DNA of 64,000 nt from Solirubrobacterales bacterium (GCA_038260305.1 JBBSNY010000010.1:582-64581), one strand, 5' to 3'; shown: positions 53,426-62,288, numbered from the stretch's first letter. The notes: a model not told the origin generated them from the sequence alone. A program made the numbers and translations.

Positions 53426-55313
53426 CGCCCGTGGGCGCGCCGGCGGCGTCACCCCGCAACGGCCAAGCGCCCGTGTCTGAAGCCGCTTGTGCGGGCGCGG
53501 CGGCGTCACCCCGCAGCGGCCAAGTGCCCGTGTCTGAAGCCGCTTGTGCGGGCGCGGCGGCGTCACCCTCTGGCCCAAAGCCGGCGCCCGTGAGGAAGCG
53601 ATCGATCGTGGCGGGCCCGGGAGCCGGGCGCAGGTCGAGGCTGTCGGCGTCGTGGCCCGCCAACCACGTCTGCACGATCCGCGTCTCGGCGACGGCTTCG
53701 GCGGGTAGCTGCGCGACCGAGTCGTGGCGCCCGCGGAGCGCCGCCGGCGTGCGCTCGTGGACGTCGGCCGCGGACGCGTCCGGCGCCCAGTCCGCGAGCC
53801 GGCCGCCGACGATCCAGAACGCGTCGTGGCCGGTCGCCCGCGGATGTTGGGCGAGGACGAGCCGCGGATGCGCATGCGTCGCGGCCAGCGAGCGCCCGTC
53901 GCGATCCAGCGAGCGGACGAGCAGCGCGATCCGCTCGCGCCGGCGCCGCAGCCAGGCGGCGCGCTCGTAGCGCTGGTCGGCGGCGGCGGCGCGCATCTGC
54001 GCATCGAGGTGCGCCAGGAGTGCCCCGCCGCCGCCACCGCCACCGCCACCGGAGCGGGGGTCGCCGTCGGTCTCGGTGAACAGGCCGAGTGCCTCGTCGA
54101 GGCGGCGGCGGTAGAGATTCGGATCAAGGTCGTTGAGGCACGGCGACAGGCAGCGCCCCATCTCGCCGTAGGCCGACGGCCACGGGCGTAGGCGCAGCTT
54201 GCGCCCGCAGTGGCGCAGGCCGAACAGCGAGTCGAGCTGCTCCTTGAGCTCAACCGCCCCGGCGCGACTGGGCAGCGGCCCGATCGTGACGGCGCGCCCC
54301 GCGGCCGGCTCGCGCGCGATTTCGAGCACAGGGAATGCGATGTCCAGACGGCAGCGCAGGTACACGTACGGGTCGTCGTGCTTGTGGACGACGTTGCCGG
54401 GCGGGCGCAGCTCGCGGATCAGCCGGTGCTCGAGCACAAGCGCCCCGAGCTCCGAGCACGTCGGGCGGTGGTCGACGATCGCCGCCTGCTCCGTCCATCC
54501 CTCGGTCGCCGCCGAGGCAGCGAAGTGTGAGCGCGCACGCGTGCGCAGCGACACGGACTTGCCGACGTAGAGGACCTGGCCCGCGCTGTTGCGAAACAGG
54601 TAGACGCCCGGCACGTCGGGCAGCGAGGACGTGTCCGGGCGATGGCGCTTGATCGTCCCGCCGGTGAGCGTGCGCTTTGCCCGCGGCCGGGCGCGCCGCA
54701 CCGGGCCAAGGGCCGTCAGCGCGTCGGCGACGGTCGCGGCATGCGCGCACAGGCGCCCGAAGAGCGCGCAGAACACGCGCGCGCACGTCTCGGCGTCGGC
54801 GAGCGCACGGTGCGTCGTCTCGACCTCGATGCCGAGCGCGTCGGCGAGCGCCGCCAGCCTGCGCTGGCGCACGAGCGGAGCGAAGCGGCGCGCAAGCGCG
54901 ACGGTGCACAAGACCGGCGGATCGGGCCAGCGCAGGCCGGCTCGGCCGAAAGCCTGGCGCAGCACGCGGCGGTCGAAGGAGGCGTTGTGGGCGACGAACA
55001 CCCGTCCCTCGAGCTGCTCGGCGAGGTCGGGCAGGACGGCCTCGGCGGCCGGGGCCGCGTCGACCATCTGCTGGGAGATCTGCGTGAAGCGCTGGATCGC
55101 CCGCGACAGCGGCGCCCGCGCGCCGACGAGCGTCTCCCAGCGATCGTGCAGCTCGCCGCCGCCGACGAGCACCGCCCCGACCTCCGTCAGCTCGCAGTCC
55201 TCCCCCGCGCGGCCGTTGGTCTCGGTGTCGACGACGAGGAACTCGGCCGTCGCGAGCGGCTGGTTGAGCAGATCCACGAACGTATGTTCTCTGCCCGCCC
55301 AGACGCCATGCAC
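53418..55313 (-). CDS. DEDDh 3'-5' exonuclease fused to a GIY-YIG (UvrC/Cho-like) nuclease domain
   Basis: ORF 53418..55313(-), GTG start. Exo motifs VVDTETNG, FVAHNASFDRRVL, HRALADAETCARVF. GIY-YIG motifs GVYLFRNSAGQVLYVGKSVSLRTR...ELGALVLEHRLIRELRPPGN. Gly9 tract. C-terminal 19-aa tandem repeat. Confidence 0.85.
   Translation of the reverse strand: MHGVWAGREHTFVDLLNQPLATAEFLVVDTETNGRAGEDCELTEVGAVLVGGGELHDRWETLVGARAPLSRAIQRFTQISQQMVDAAPAAEAVLPDLAEQLEGRVFVAHNASFDRRVLRQAFGRAGLRWPDPPVLCTVALARRFAPLVRQRRLAALADALGIEVETTHRALADAETCARVFCALFGRLCAHAATVADALTALGPVRRARPRAKRTLTGGTIKRHRPDTSSLPDVPGVYLFRNSAGQVLYVGKSVSLRTRARSHFAASAATEGWTEQAAIVDHRPTCSELGALVLEHRLIRELRPPGNVVHKHDDPYVYLRCRLDIAFPVLEIAREPAAGRAVTIGPLPSRAGAVELKEQLDSLFGLRHCGRKLRLRPWPSAYGEMGRCLSPCLNDLDPNLYRRRLDEALGLFTETDGDPRSGGGGGGGGGALLAHLDAQMRAAAADQRYERAAWLRRRRERIALLVRSLDRDGRSLAATHAHPRLVLAQHPRATGHDAFWIVGGRLADWAPDASAADVHERTPAALRGRHDSVAQLPAEAVAETRIVQTWLAGHDADSLDLRPAPGPATIDRFLTGAGFGPEGDAAAPAQAASDTGTWPLRGDAAAPAQAASDTGAWPLRGDAAGAPTGVS
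53433..53570. repeat. 57-bp tandem repeat (about 2.3 units, the first with a 3-bp insertion) coding the C-terminus of the exonuclease/GIY-YIG protein
   Basis: The units start at 53433, 53493 and 53550 (gggcgcggcggcgtcaccccgcagcggccaagtgcccgtgtctgaagccgcttgtgc). The encoded peptide is GDAAAPAQAASDTG(T/A)WPLR, present twice. Confidence 0.85.
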
Positions 55314-55382
55314 GCGACCTTGCAGCGGCGGCCCGGGGGTCGCCGAGGCGCTCGGGTAGGTTGCCGAGGGTCAGTCCCTCGG

Positions 55383-55844
55383 ATGCCTGTGTCAACTAGG
55401 ACGGTGAAAGCGATCGCTGCGCGACGCGCGACGTCACGGGCCGCCGTCCTGCTCGCGTCCACGCTCGCGCTCGCGGCCTGCGGCGCCGACCAGGTCGCCG
55501 ATCGCCCATCCGAGCCGCCCGCGATCACGGTCAGCGCGACGATCTCCGCGCGCGCGGTCACGGTCTCGCCGGCGCACTTCGGGGCCCGCACGGTCGACCT
55601 GCTGATCTCCAACCAGAGCTCCACCTCGCGCCAGCTCGTCCTGCGCAGCGCGCGCCTTGCGAGCGGCGCGGATGCGCTCGAGCAGACGACGGGACCGATC
55701 AACCCGGGCGGCACGATCACGCTGCACGCGAAGCTTGGCGAGGGCGTGTACACGGCCTCGGTCCGGCGCTCGACGGTCGCCCCCGCGACCATCACCGTCG
55801 GCCCGGCGGGCACCGACGCGGCCGACGATCTGCTGGCGCCGTAG
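55383..55844 (+). CDS. lipoprotein, unknown function
   Basis: In-frame part of ORF 54642..55844(+), from ATG 55383. Lipobox LALAAC. Beta-rich small domain. Confidence 0.6.
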   Translation: MPVSTRTVKAIAARRATSRAAVLLASTLALAACGADQVADRPSEPPAITVSATISARAVTVSPAHFGARTVDLLISNQSSTSRQLVLRSARLASGADALEQTTGPINPGGTITLHAKLGEGVYTASVRRSTVAPATITVGPAGTDAADDLLAP

Positions 55845-55879
55845 TGGCACGCGAGCAAGACGCCGCCGAGGTTGCGACA

Positions 55880-56458
55880 ATGCGCGCAATGCGCCGGACC
55901 AGGATCGTTCCCGCAGCGCTCGTGGCCCTGGTGCTCGGGACAGCGTCCGCGCTCGTGCTGAGCGGCGGGTCGTCGGCCAGGCCATCAAGGTCGCAGACGC
56001 TGTTTCGCACGACGCTGCTCCAGGACGCCAAGACGACGGCCGGGATCAAGCGCGTCCTGCGCGGGGGCGGCATCGTCGCACCCGAGATCGCCTACCAGGA
56101 CGTCACCGGCGACGGGCGCTCGGACGCGGTCGTGACGGTCGAGACCGGCGGCGCCGCCGGTGCCGTGGCCGTCTACGTCTTCAGCACACACGGCAAGGCG
56201 GCCGACAGTCAGCTGCGCGCGGTCTACCGCTCCCAGCAGCTGTATCGCGCCATCGTCCAGGTCTCCGCAGGGACGCTGATCCTGCGCACGCCGCGCTACG
56301 CGTCCGGTGACGATCTCTGCTGCCCGGCGAAGGTCTTCGAGCGCGTCTACGCGTGGAACGACGCTGCGGCCACGCTCAAGCAGCGCGCCTCGGTGGAGCT
56401 CGACGGCCCCAGCGCCACGACGACGACGACGCCCGCCGTGCCGCCGGCGCAGGGCTGA
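55880..56458 (+). CDS. secreted protein with one FG-GAP/VCBS-like motif, Thr/Pro C-terminal tail
   Basis: ORF 55844..56458(+), start taken at ATG 55880 (MRAMRRTRIVPAALVALVLGTASA). DVTGDGRSDAVV motif. Tail TTTTTPAVPPAQG. Confidence 0.55.
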   Translation: MRAMRRTRIVPAALVALVLGTASALVLSGGSSARPSRSQTLFRTTLLQDAKTTAGIKRVLRGGGIVAPEIAYQDVTGDGRSDAVVTVETGGAAGAVAVYVFSTHGKAADSQLRAVYRSQQLYRAIVQVSAGTLILRTPRYASGDDLCCPAKVFERVYAWNDAAATLKQRASVELDGPSATTTTTPAVPPAQG

Positions 56459-56711
56459 CCGCCGCCCGCGATACGCGGCGATCGCGCCCACCGGCGTTGC
56501 CCGCGCGTTGCCCGCGGCCGCCAGGAACGGCCGGACCCGCTCCAGGGAGCCAGACCACAGCCGGCCTGTGCCAGCTCGCACACCGATGACTTCGACCCCG
56601 GCGGGCGGTCTGTGTTCCACGAGCCACGACAAGGAGGAGGTTCGCCGCCTGACCACCGCCGCCGCGGGCGCAACGGCACGCAACCAATGCGAGTGTGCAA
56701 TACTTGCGTGC

Positions 56712-57197
56712 ATGCAAGCATCTACTTCGCCCGTCGCCGCCGCGCCGCCCCTAGCCGAGGCAGACGCGCTCGCGGCCGACCTGCTCGCGCTCTGGCGCCG
56801 CGTCATCGGCACGGGCTCCGGCGACCCCCGCGCCTACGCGATCTTCGAGGAGCTCGACCTCACGCTGACGCAGGTCAAGGCGTTGTGCGCGCTGTCGGCC
56901 AGCGAGCTGACCGTCAAGGAGCTCGCCGAGCGGCTCGGGCTGTCGCTGCCCGGCGCCAGCCGTGCCGTCGACGCGCTCGTCGCGCGTGACCTGCTGCACC
57001 GCCGCGAGGACCCCGCCGACCGCCGCCAGAAGCGCCTGACCTCGAGCACGGCGGGCCGCGATGCACTCACCCGCCTCGACGAGGCCCGCCTCGCCGGCGT
57101 CGCCGCGTTCGCCGTGACGCTGCCGGCCGACCAGTGCCGGCAGCTTTCGGGCGCGCTGCGCCCGATTCTCGACGACCTGCAGGAGGTGGGCTCGTGA
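56712..57197 (+). CDS. MarR-family transcriptional regulator
   Basis: In-frame part of ORF 56307..57197(+), from ATG 56712. LTLTQVKALCALSASELTVKELAERLGLSLPGASRAVDALVARDLLHRREDPADRRQKRL. Confidence 0.85.
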   Translation: MQASTSPVAAAPPLAEADALAADLLALWRRVIGTGSGDPRAYAIFEELDLTLTQVKALCALSASELTVKELAERLGLSLPGASRAVDALVARDLLHRREDPADRRQKRLTSSTAGRDALTRLDEARLAGVAAFAVTLPADQCRQLSGALRPILDDLQEVGS

Positions 57198-58654
57198 CGA
57201 AGCGACTGGCCCTCAACGAGGACAACCGCCGCTGGTGGACGCTAGCGGCGATGTGCTTCGCGCTGTTCATGATCATGCTCGACAACACGGTCGTGAACGT
57301 CGCGCTGCCGTCGATTCAGAGGGACCTGCACTCGACGTACGCGACGCTCGAGTGGACGGTCAACGCGTACACGCTGTCGCTCGCCGTGCTGCTCATCACC
57401 GGCGGCCGGCTCGGCGACATCTTCGGCCGCCGCAAGGTGTTCCTCTTGGGTGTCGGCCTGTTCGCAGCCTCGAGCGCGTTCATCGGCTTCTCGCAGACCG
57501 ACGCCTGGCTCATCGGCGGTCGCGCGGCCCAGGGCATGGGTGCCGCGCTCATGATGCCGGCGACGTTGTCGATCATCACGAACACGTTCGCACCGCAGGA
57601 GCGCGGCCGCGCGCTCGGCATGTGGGCTGGGGTGTCGGCGCTGGCGCTCGCGATCGGGCCCGTCGTCGGCGGCTACCTCGTCGAGTACGTCTCATGGCAG
57701 TCGATCTTCTTCCTCAACCTGCCGGTCGCCGCCGGCGCCTTGGCGATCACGCTGTTCGCGACGAAGGAATCGCGCGACGAGAGCGTCGTGGCGAAGCTCG
57801 ACCTCGGCGGCATCGCGGCGATCACGATCGGGCTCGGCGCCCTGACGCTGGCGCTCGTCGAGGCCAGCACGTGGGGCTGGGGATCGCCCGCCAACGTGGG
57901 CCTGCTCGCCGTCGCGGCGGCGGGTCTCGTCGCCTTCGCGATCGTCGAGCGGCGCGTCCGCGTGCCGATGGTCGACTTCGAGTTCTTCCGCTCCAAGACG
58001 TTCCTCGGGGCGAGCCTCGTCGCCTTCATCGTGTCGTTCGCGATGCTCGCGATGTTCTTCTTCATCGCGATCTACATGCAGAACATCGAGGGCTACTCGC
58101 CGCTGGAAGCCGGCATCCGCTTCCTGCCGACGACGCTCTGCATCATCCTCATCTCGCCGTTCTCCGGGCGGCTCGCCGATCGCATCGGCCCGCGCCCACT
58201 CATGACCGGCGGCCTGCTGCTCGTCGCGATCTCGCTCTTCTGGCAGTCGCACCTGTCGGTCGGCTCGGGCTTCTCCTTCCTGGCCCCCGGCTTCGTGCTG
58301 ATGGGCGTCGGGATGGGCTTCACGATGTCGCCGATGAGCACCGCCGCGATGAACGCCGTCGATCGCACGAAGGCCGGCGTCGCCGGCGGCATCCTGTCGA
58401 TGAGCCGGATGGTCGGCGGAACGCTCGGCGTCGCCGTCATGGGCGCCTTCATCGGCAAGCCTTCGGACCCCTCGGCATACGTCTCGTCGCTCGGCCACGG
58501 GCTCGTCATGGGCGCCGTCGTCGCTGCCATGGGCGCGCTCGTCGCGTGGACGCTCATCTCGCCCGAGCTCGCCGGCGGCGTGACGTCGGCGCCGGTCGTC
58601 GGCGAGGCCGTCCAGCCGCCGGCGGAGGGGACGCGCGAGCCGGTGGGTGCGTAG
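57194..58654 (+). CDS. MFS transporter, DHA2 (EmrB/QacA, 14-TMS) type
   Basis: ORF 57134..58654(+). GTG 57194 overlaps the marR stop (GTGA). FMIMLDNTVVNVALPSIQRDL and GGRLGDIFGRRKVF. About 14 hydrophobic segments. Confidence 0.9.
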   Translation: MTKRLALNEDNRRWWTLAAMCFALFMIMLDNTVVNVALPSIQRDLHSTYATLEWTVNAYTLSLAVLLITGGRLGDIFGRRKVFLLGVGLFAASSAFIGFSQTDAWLIGGRAAQGMGAALMMPATLSIITNTFAPQERGRALGMWAGVSALALAIGPVVGGYLVEYVSWQSIFFLNLPVAAGALAITLFATKESRDESVVAKLDLGGIAAITIGLGALTLALVEASTWGWGSPANVGLLAVAAAGLVAFAIVERRVRVPMVDFEFFRSKTFLGASLVAFIVSFAMLAMFFFIAIYMQNIEGYSPLEAGIRFLPTTLCIILISPFSGRLADRIGPRPLMTGGLLLVAISLFWQSHLSVGSGFSFLAPGFVLMGVGMGFTMSPMSTAAMNAVDRTKAGVAGGILSMSRMVGGTLGVAVMGAFIGKPSDPSAYVSSLGHGLVMGAVVAAMGALVAWTLISPELAGGVTSAPVVGEAVQPPAEGTREPVGA

Positions 58655-59915
58655 GATCCCCCGGGTGGCGATCGATCTCAGCCAAATCGCAACCGTCGAC
58701 ACCGAGCCCGGCGAGCTGCCGGCGACGATGTCCGCCTGGGTGATCCGCAAAGACCGCGAGGGCGAGCCCGTCGACGCCTTCCAGGTCGAGGAGATCGAGG
58801 TCCCGGAGCCCGCGGCGTTCGAGGTCGTCGTGCGGGTCATGGCGGCCGGCGTGAACTTCAACAACGTCTGGGCTGCTTTGGGGAAGCCGGTGTCGGTGTT
58901 CCGCTACCACCCCGACGAGGAGCACCACATCGGCGGCTCGGATGCCTCCGGGATCGTCTGGAAGGTCGGCCCCGGCGTCACGCGCTGGAAGCCCGGCGAC
59001 GAGGTCGTCGTGCATTGCAACCAGGCCTCCTACGAGGACGTCGAGGTCCACGGCCTCGACCCGCTCGCCGCGCCGAGCCAGCAGATCTGGGGCTATGAGA
59101 CGAGCTGGGGCTCGTTCGCCCAGTTCTGCAAGGTCCAGGCGCAGCAGCTGCTCCCAAAGCCCACGCACCTCGCGTGGGAGGAGGCCGCGTCGTACGGCCT
59201 GACCTACTTCACCGCCTACCGAATGCTGATGGACCAGTGTGGCCTGCAGGCCGGCCACAAGGTCCTCATCTGGGGTGCCGCCGGCGGCCTCGGCGTGTTC
59301 GCGACCCAGCTCTGCGCCTTGGCCGGCGCCGACTGCGTCGGCGTCGTGTCTTCGGATGAGAAGGGCGCGTTGGTGCGGCAGCTCGGCGCGAAGGGCTTCA
59401 TCAACCGCAACGAGTTCGCGGGCATGATGCGCCGCGGCGGCGAGACTCCCGAGCAGGAGAAGGCGCGCTTCGGCGTCTCACGCGCCTTCGCCAAGCGCGT
59501 CAAGCAGATCCTCGGCGACGCCCCCGACATCGTCTTCGAGCACGTCGGCAAGGCGACGTTCCCGACGAGCGTCTTCTGCGTCAAGCCGTTCGGCAAGGTC
59601 GTCATCTGCGGTGCCACGTCGGGCTTCGATCTCGATTTCGACGTACGCTATCTGTGGATGCGCCAGAAGCAGATCATCGGCTCGCACTTCGCCAACGCGT
59701 GGCAGTGCCACAAGGCCAACGAGCTTGTACGCGAGTCGAAGATCCGTCCCGTCCTGTGGAAGACGATGGGATTTGAGGACGTCGCGAACGCACATCAGCT
59801 CATGCACGAGAACAAGCACGCCGGGAAGATCGCGATCCTCGTGGGCGCGACCGCGGTCGGTCAGGGAGCGACGACCGAGGGGCCCGGCGCGATCATGGCG
59901 GAGGTAGGTGCCTGA
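58647..59915 (+). CDS. ccr: crotonyl-CoA carboxylase/reductase-like MDR enzyme
   Basis: ORF 58647..59915(+). Matching stretches: MSAWVIR, VMAAGVNFNNVWAALGKP, WGYETSWGSFAQF, IWGAAGGLGVFATQL, GKIAILV. Start uncertain. Confidence 0.75.
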   Translation: MRRIPRVAIDLSQIATVDTEPGELPATMSAWVIRKDREGEPVDAFQVEEIEVPEPAAFEVVVRVMAAGVNFNNVWAALGKPVSVFRYHPDEEHHIGGSDASGIVWKVGPGVTRWKPGDEVVVHCNQASYEDVEVHGLDPLAAPSQQIWGYETSWGSFAQFCKVQAQQLLPKPTHLAWEEAASYGLTYFTAYRMLMDQCGLQAGHKVLIWGAAGGLGVFATQLCALAGADCVGVVSSDEKGALVRQLGAKGFINRNEFAGMMRRGGETPEQEKARFGVSRAFAKRVKQILGDAPDIVFEHVGKATFPTSVFCVKPFGKVVICGATSGFDLDFDVRYLWMRQKQIIGSHFANAWQCHKANELVRESKIRPVLWKTMGFEDVANAHQLMHENKHAGKIAILVGATAVGQGATTEGPGAIMAEVGA

Positions 59916-60262
59916 TGGCATACGGCGTGGTGCATCTCCCGGTCTACGCGACGGGCTTTCGCGCAGATGACATCGAGGCGGCGCTCGCGCAGCTCGCCCC
60001 GATCTCGCTGCGCTACGGGGCGACCCGGTACGACGTGCACCGCTCGCGCGACGACCGCCACAGGTTCCTGATGACGATCGAGTTCGCGGAGAAGGGCGGC
60101 TGGGACGCGTTCTGGTTCGGCGAGGAGTTCACCGATTGGCGCACCTCCTGCTCGAGCTGGTACACGGTGCCGCTGCTGTACTTCTGGAACGACACCGTCG
60201 CCTCGAGGATGCTGCGCAGCGCCGAGGAAGCGCTCGTCGGCGACACCGCCGGCCCGGACTGA
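59915..60262 (+). CDS. hypothetical small protein (115 aa), coupled to ccr
   Basis: ORF 59915..60262(+). The ATG shares 1 nt with the ccr stop. Trp/Phe-rich (GGWDAFWFGEEFTDWRTSCSSWYTVPLLYFWND). No family recognised. Confidence 0.55.
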   Translation: MAYGVVHLPVYATGFRADDIEAALAQLAPISLRYGATRYDVHRSRDDRHRFLMTIEFAEKGGWDAFWFGEEFTDWRTSCSSWYTVPLLYFWNDTVASRMLRSAEEALVGDTAGPD

Positions 60263-60286
60263 TCGCCGGCCGCGGGGACGGCTCCC

Positions 60287-60886
60287 GTGACGTCGGTCGT
60301 ACCCGAGCGCGTCGCGGGGTTTCTGTCGGCGGCCGAGTGCCTGCGTGTCGTCGCCGAGATCGATGCGGCGCAGCAGGCACAGGCCGAGATCTGGGGCGAC
60401 GGCGGCTTCGGCGTGCACCCGGGCTCGCGCCGCGGCGCGATCGCGACCCTGCCGGCCGCCACCGAGGATCTCGTGCAAAATCGCCTGTGGGAGGTCATGC
60501 CGCGCCTCGAGGCGCGCTTCGGCTGCGAGGTCTCGCACATCAGCGGCGCGACCGCGCTCGTCTATCGCGAGGGCGACCACTTCGCTGCGCACTCCGACGG
60601 CGGTGGCGATGACGACGCGCCCCCGGAGGTGCGCGCGCGGCGCGTCTCGCTCGTCGTCGCCTTGAACGACGGCGCCGGTCCGTCGGCTGAGTTCACCGGC
60701 GGAGCGCTCGAGTTCTACGCGGGAACCGTGCCGGAGGTCGCCACCCGCGTCGCGCCGCTGCTGAGCGTCTCCAGCGAGCGCGGCCTGCTCGTCGCCTTCG
60801 GCTCCTCGCTGATCCACCGCGTGGCCCCGGTCATCACAGGCCGGCGCTACTCGCTCGCCCTGTGGGCACTCGCGGCACAGAACTGA
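60287..60886 (+). CDS. 2OG-Fe(II) oxygenase (prolyl-hydroxylase-like)
   Basis: ORF 60287..60886(+). HxD in FAAHSDGG, distal His in SLIHRVAPV, and RRYSLALW, which supplies the 2OG-binding Arg/Ser. Confidence 0.8.
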   Translation: MTSVVPERVAGFLSAAECLRVVAEIDAAQQAQAEIWGDGGFGVHPGSRRGAIATLPAATEDLVQNRLWEVMPRLEARFGCEVSHISGATALVYREGDHFAAHSDGGGDDDAPPEVRARRVSLVVALNDGAGPSAEFTGGALEFYAGTVPEVATRVAPLLSVSSERGLLVAFGSSLIHRVAPVITGRRYSLALWALAAQN

Positions 60887-60903
60887 GCGCGTTTCGTCAC
60901 AAA

Positions 60904-60926
60904 CGCGTGGTGTTTCGTACCACGCG
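60904..60926 (+). terminator. hairpin after the 2OG oxygenase gene
   Basis: cgcgtggt-gtttcgt-accacgcg, an 8-bp stem, 18 nt after the stop. No U-tract. Confidence 0.35.
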
Positions 60927-60953
60927 ACCCGCGAGCATGCCCCCATGGCCAAA

Positions 60954-61004
60954 GGGGTTTGTCGATCTGGAGGTCCTATACGCCCTCAGATCGACAAACC
61001 CCCC
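60954..61004. repeat. REP-like palindromic element, copy 2
   Basis: ggggtttgtcgatctg-gaggtcctatacgccct-cagatcgacaaacccc(cc): a perfect 16-bp stem with a 17-nt loop. It is the reverse complement of 4286..4336 apart from 2 substitutions. Confidence 0.8.
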
Positions 61005-61013
61005 GACTGCGAG

Positions 61014-61916
61014 GTGGCGCGACGGGCCGCCGAGCAGCACGGAGTCGTCTCGACCGCCCAGTTGCGTGACTGCGGGCTCGACAGCAAGGCGGTCTCGCGC
61101 CGCGTCCGCGCCGGCCGCCTGCACCCCGTGCATCGAGGCGTCTACGCGGTAGGACACCCCGCGCTGGCGCTGGCCGGGCGGTTCGTGGCAGCCGTGCTCG
61201 CCTGCAGAGACGATGCGTTGCTGAGCCATTTCGCGGCCGCGGCCTACTGGGGGTTCTTCGCGTGGGAGGACCGTCGCATCGACGTGACCGTCGTGGGGAC
61301 CACCACGCGCCTCATCGAGGGAGTGCGCCCGCACCGTGCCACATCCATGCACGAGCGCGACGTGTGGCGCCGGGACGGGATGCGGGTCACCTCGCCCGCG
61401 CGCACGCTGCTCGATCTCGCCGCGGTCCTGCCGCCGCCGACGCTGAAACGGGCCGCGCGGCAGGCACAGGCCGAGCAACGCGTGAACATCCGCCAGATCG
61501 CGGAGATCCTCACCCGCGCGAACGGGCACCGCGGCGTGACCAAGCTGCTCGCGATCGTCGCCGACGGACCCGCTCCGACGCGCAGCGACCTCGAGGACCT
61601 GCTGCTCGACCTGCTCGACGAAGGCGGCATCGAGCGACCGAGGATCAACGCGCCGCTGACGCTCGACGGGCGACGGATCGTGCCCGACTTCCTCTGGCCC
61701 CAGACGCGCCTCGCCGTCGAAGCCGACAGCCGGCGCTGGCACGACCATTCGCTCGTCAAGGAGAACGACGCCGAGAAGCAGGCGATCCTCGAAGCGCACG
61801 GCTACCGCGTGCTACGGATCACGTGGAGGGAGATCGTCGCGCGGCCCCCGCAGACGCTCGCGCGCGTCCGCTGCGCACTCGACGGCCGCTACTCGGCGAC
61901 GACGACCTCGGCCTGA
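61014..61916 (+). CDS. DUF559 (Vsr-like endonuclease fold) protein with AbiEi-like N-terminal HTH
   Basis: ORF 60945..61916(+), trimmed to GTG 61014, just after the palindromic element. GVVSTAQLRDCGLDSKAVSRRVRAGRLHPVHRGVYAVG. C-terminal PDFLWPQTRLAVEADSRRWH...GYRVLRITW. Confidence 0.8.
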   Translation: MARRAAEQHGVVSTAQLRDCGLDSKAVSRRVRAGRLHPVHRGVYAVGHPALALAGRFVAAVLACRDDALLSHFAAAAYWGFFAWEDRRIDVTVVGTTTRLIEGVRPHRATSMHERDVWRRDGMRVTSPARTLLDLAAVLPPPTLKRAARQAQAEQRVNIRQIAEILTRANGHRGVTKLLAIVADGPAPTRSDLEDLLLDLLDEGGIERPRINAPLTLDGRRIVPDFLWPQTRLAVEADSRRWHDHSLVKENDAEKQAILEAHGYRVLRITWREIVARPPQTLARVRCALDGRYSATTTSA

Positions 61917-62284
61917 GCGTTGCGGATGATCGCCTTGCCGTCCTGCGTGCAGATGGCCTCCACGATCGCGACGCCGGCGTCGACCGACGCCACGCTGCCC
62001 GTGATCGTCAGCTCCTGCTCGGGCAGCCCCATGCCGCGGAACTGGACCGACAGGCTGCGCAGCGACTGCGGGCCGCCGCCCGCGTCCGTGACCGCGCGCG
62101 CGACCTGGGCCATCGTGTAGAGCCCGTGCAGGATGCGCCCCGGCAGCCCGACCTGCTGGGCGAACCGCTCGTCGATGTGGATCGGGTTGAAGTCGCCCGA
62201 GGCGCCCGCGTAGCGAACCGTCAGGTAGCGGTCCGGCGTCACCGAGAGCGGCTCGATCGCGGCGCCGGGCTCGAGGCTCGCCAT
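61889..62284 (-). CDS. MaoC-like (R)-specific dehydratase subunit (HadB-like)
   Basis: ORF 61889..62434(-), trimmed to ATG 62284. YAGASGDFNPIHIDERFAQQVGLPGRILHG. Confidence 0.85.
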   Translation of the reverse strand: MASLEPGAAIEPLSVTPDRYLTVRYAGASGDFNPIHIDERFAQQVGLPGRILHGLYTMAQVARAVTDAGGGPQSLRSLSVQFRGMGLPEQELTITGSVASVDAGVAIVEAICTQDGKAIIRNAQAEVVVAE

Positions 62285-62288
62285 CGCG

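Noticed and set aside
53433-53570. Possible CRISPR-like or regulatory repeat downstream of ygfZ
   Set aside because: It is in frame within the exonuclease/GIY-YIG gene and encodes a 19-aa peptide repeat. It has no spacer structure.
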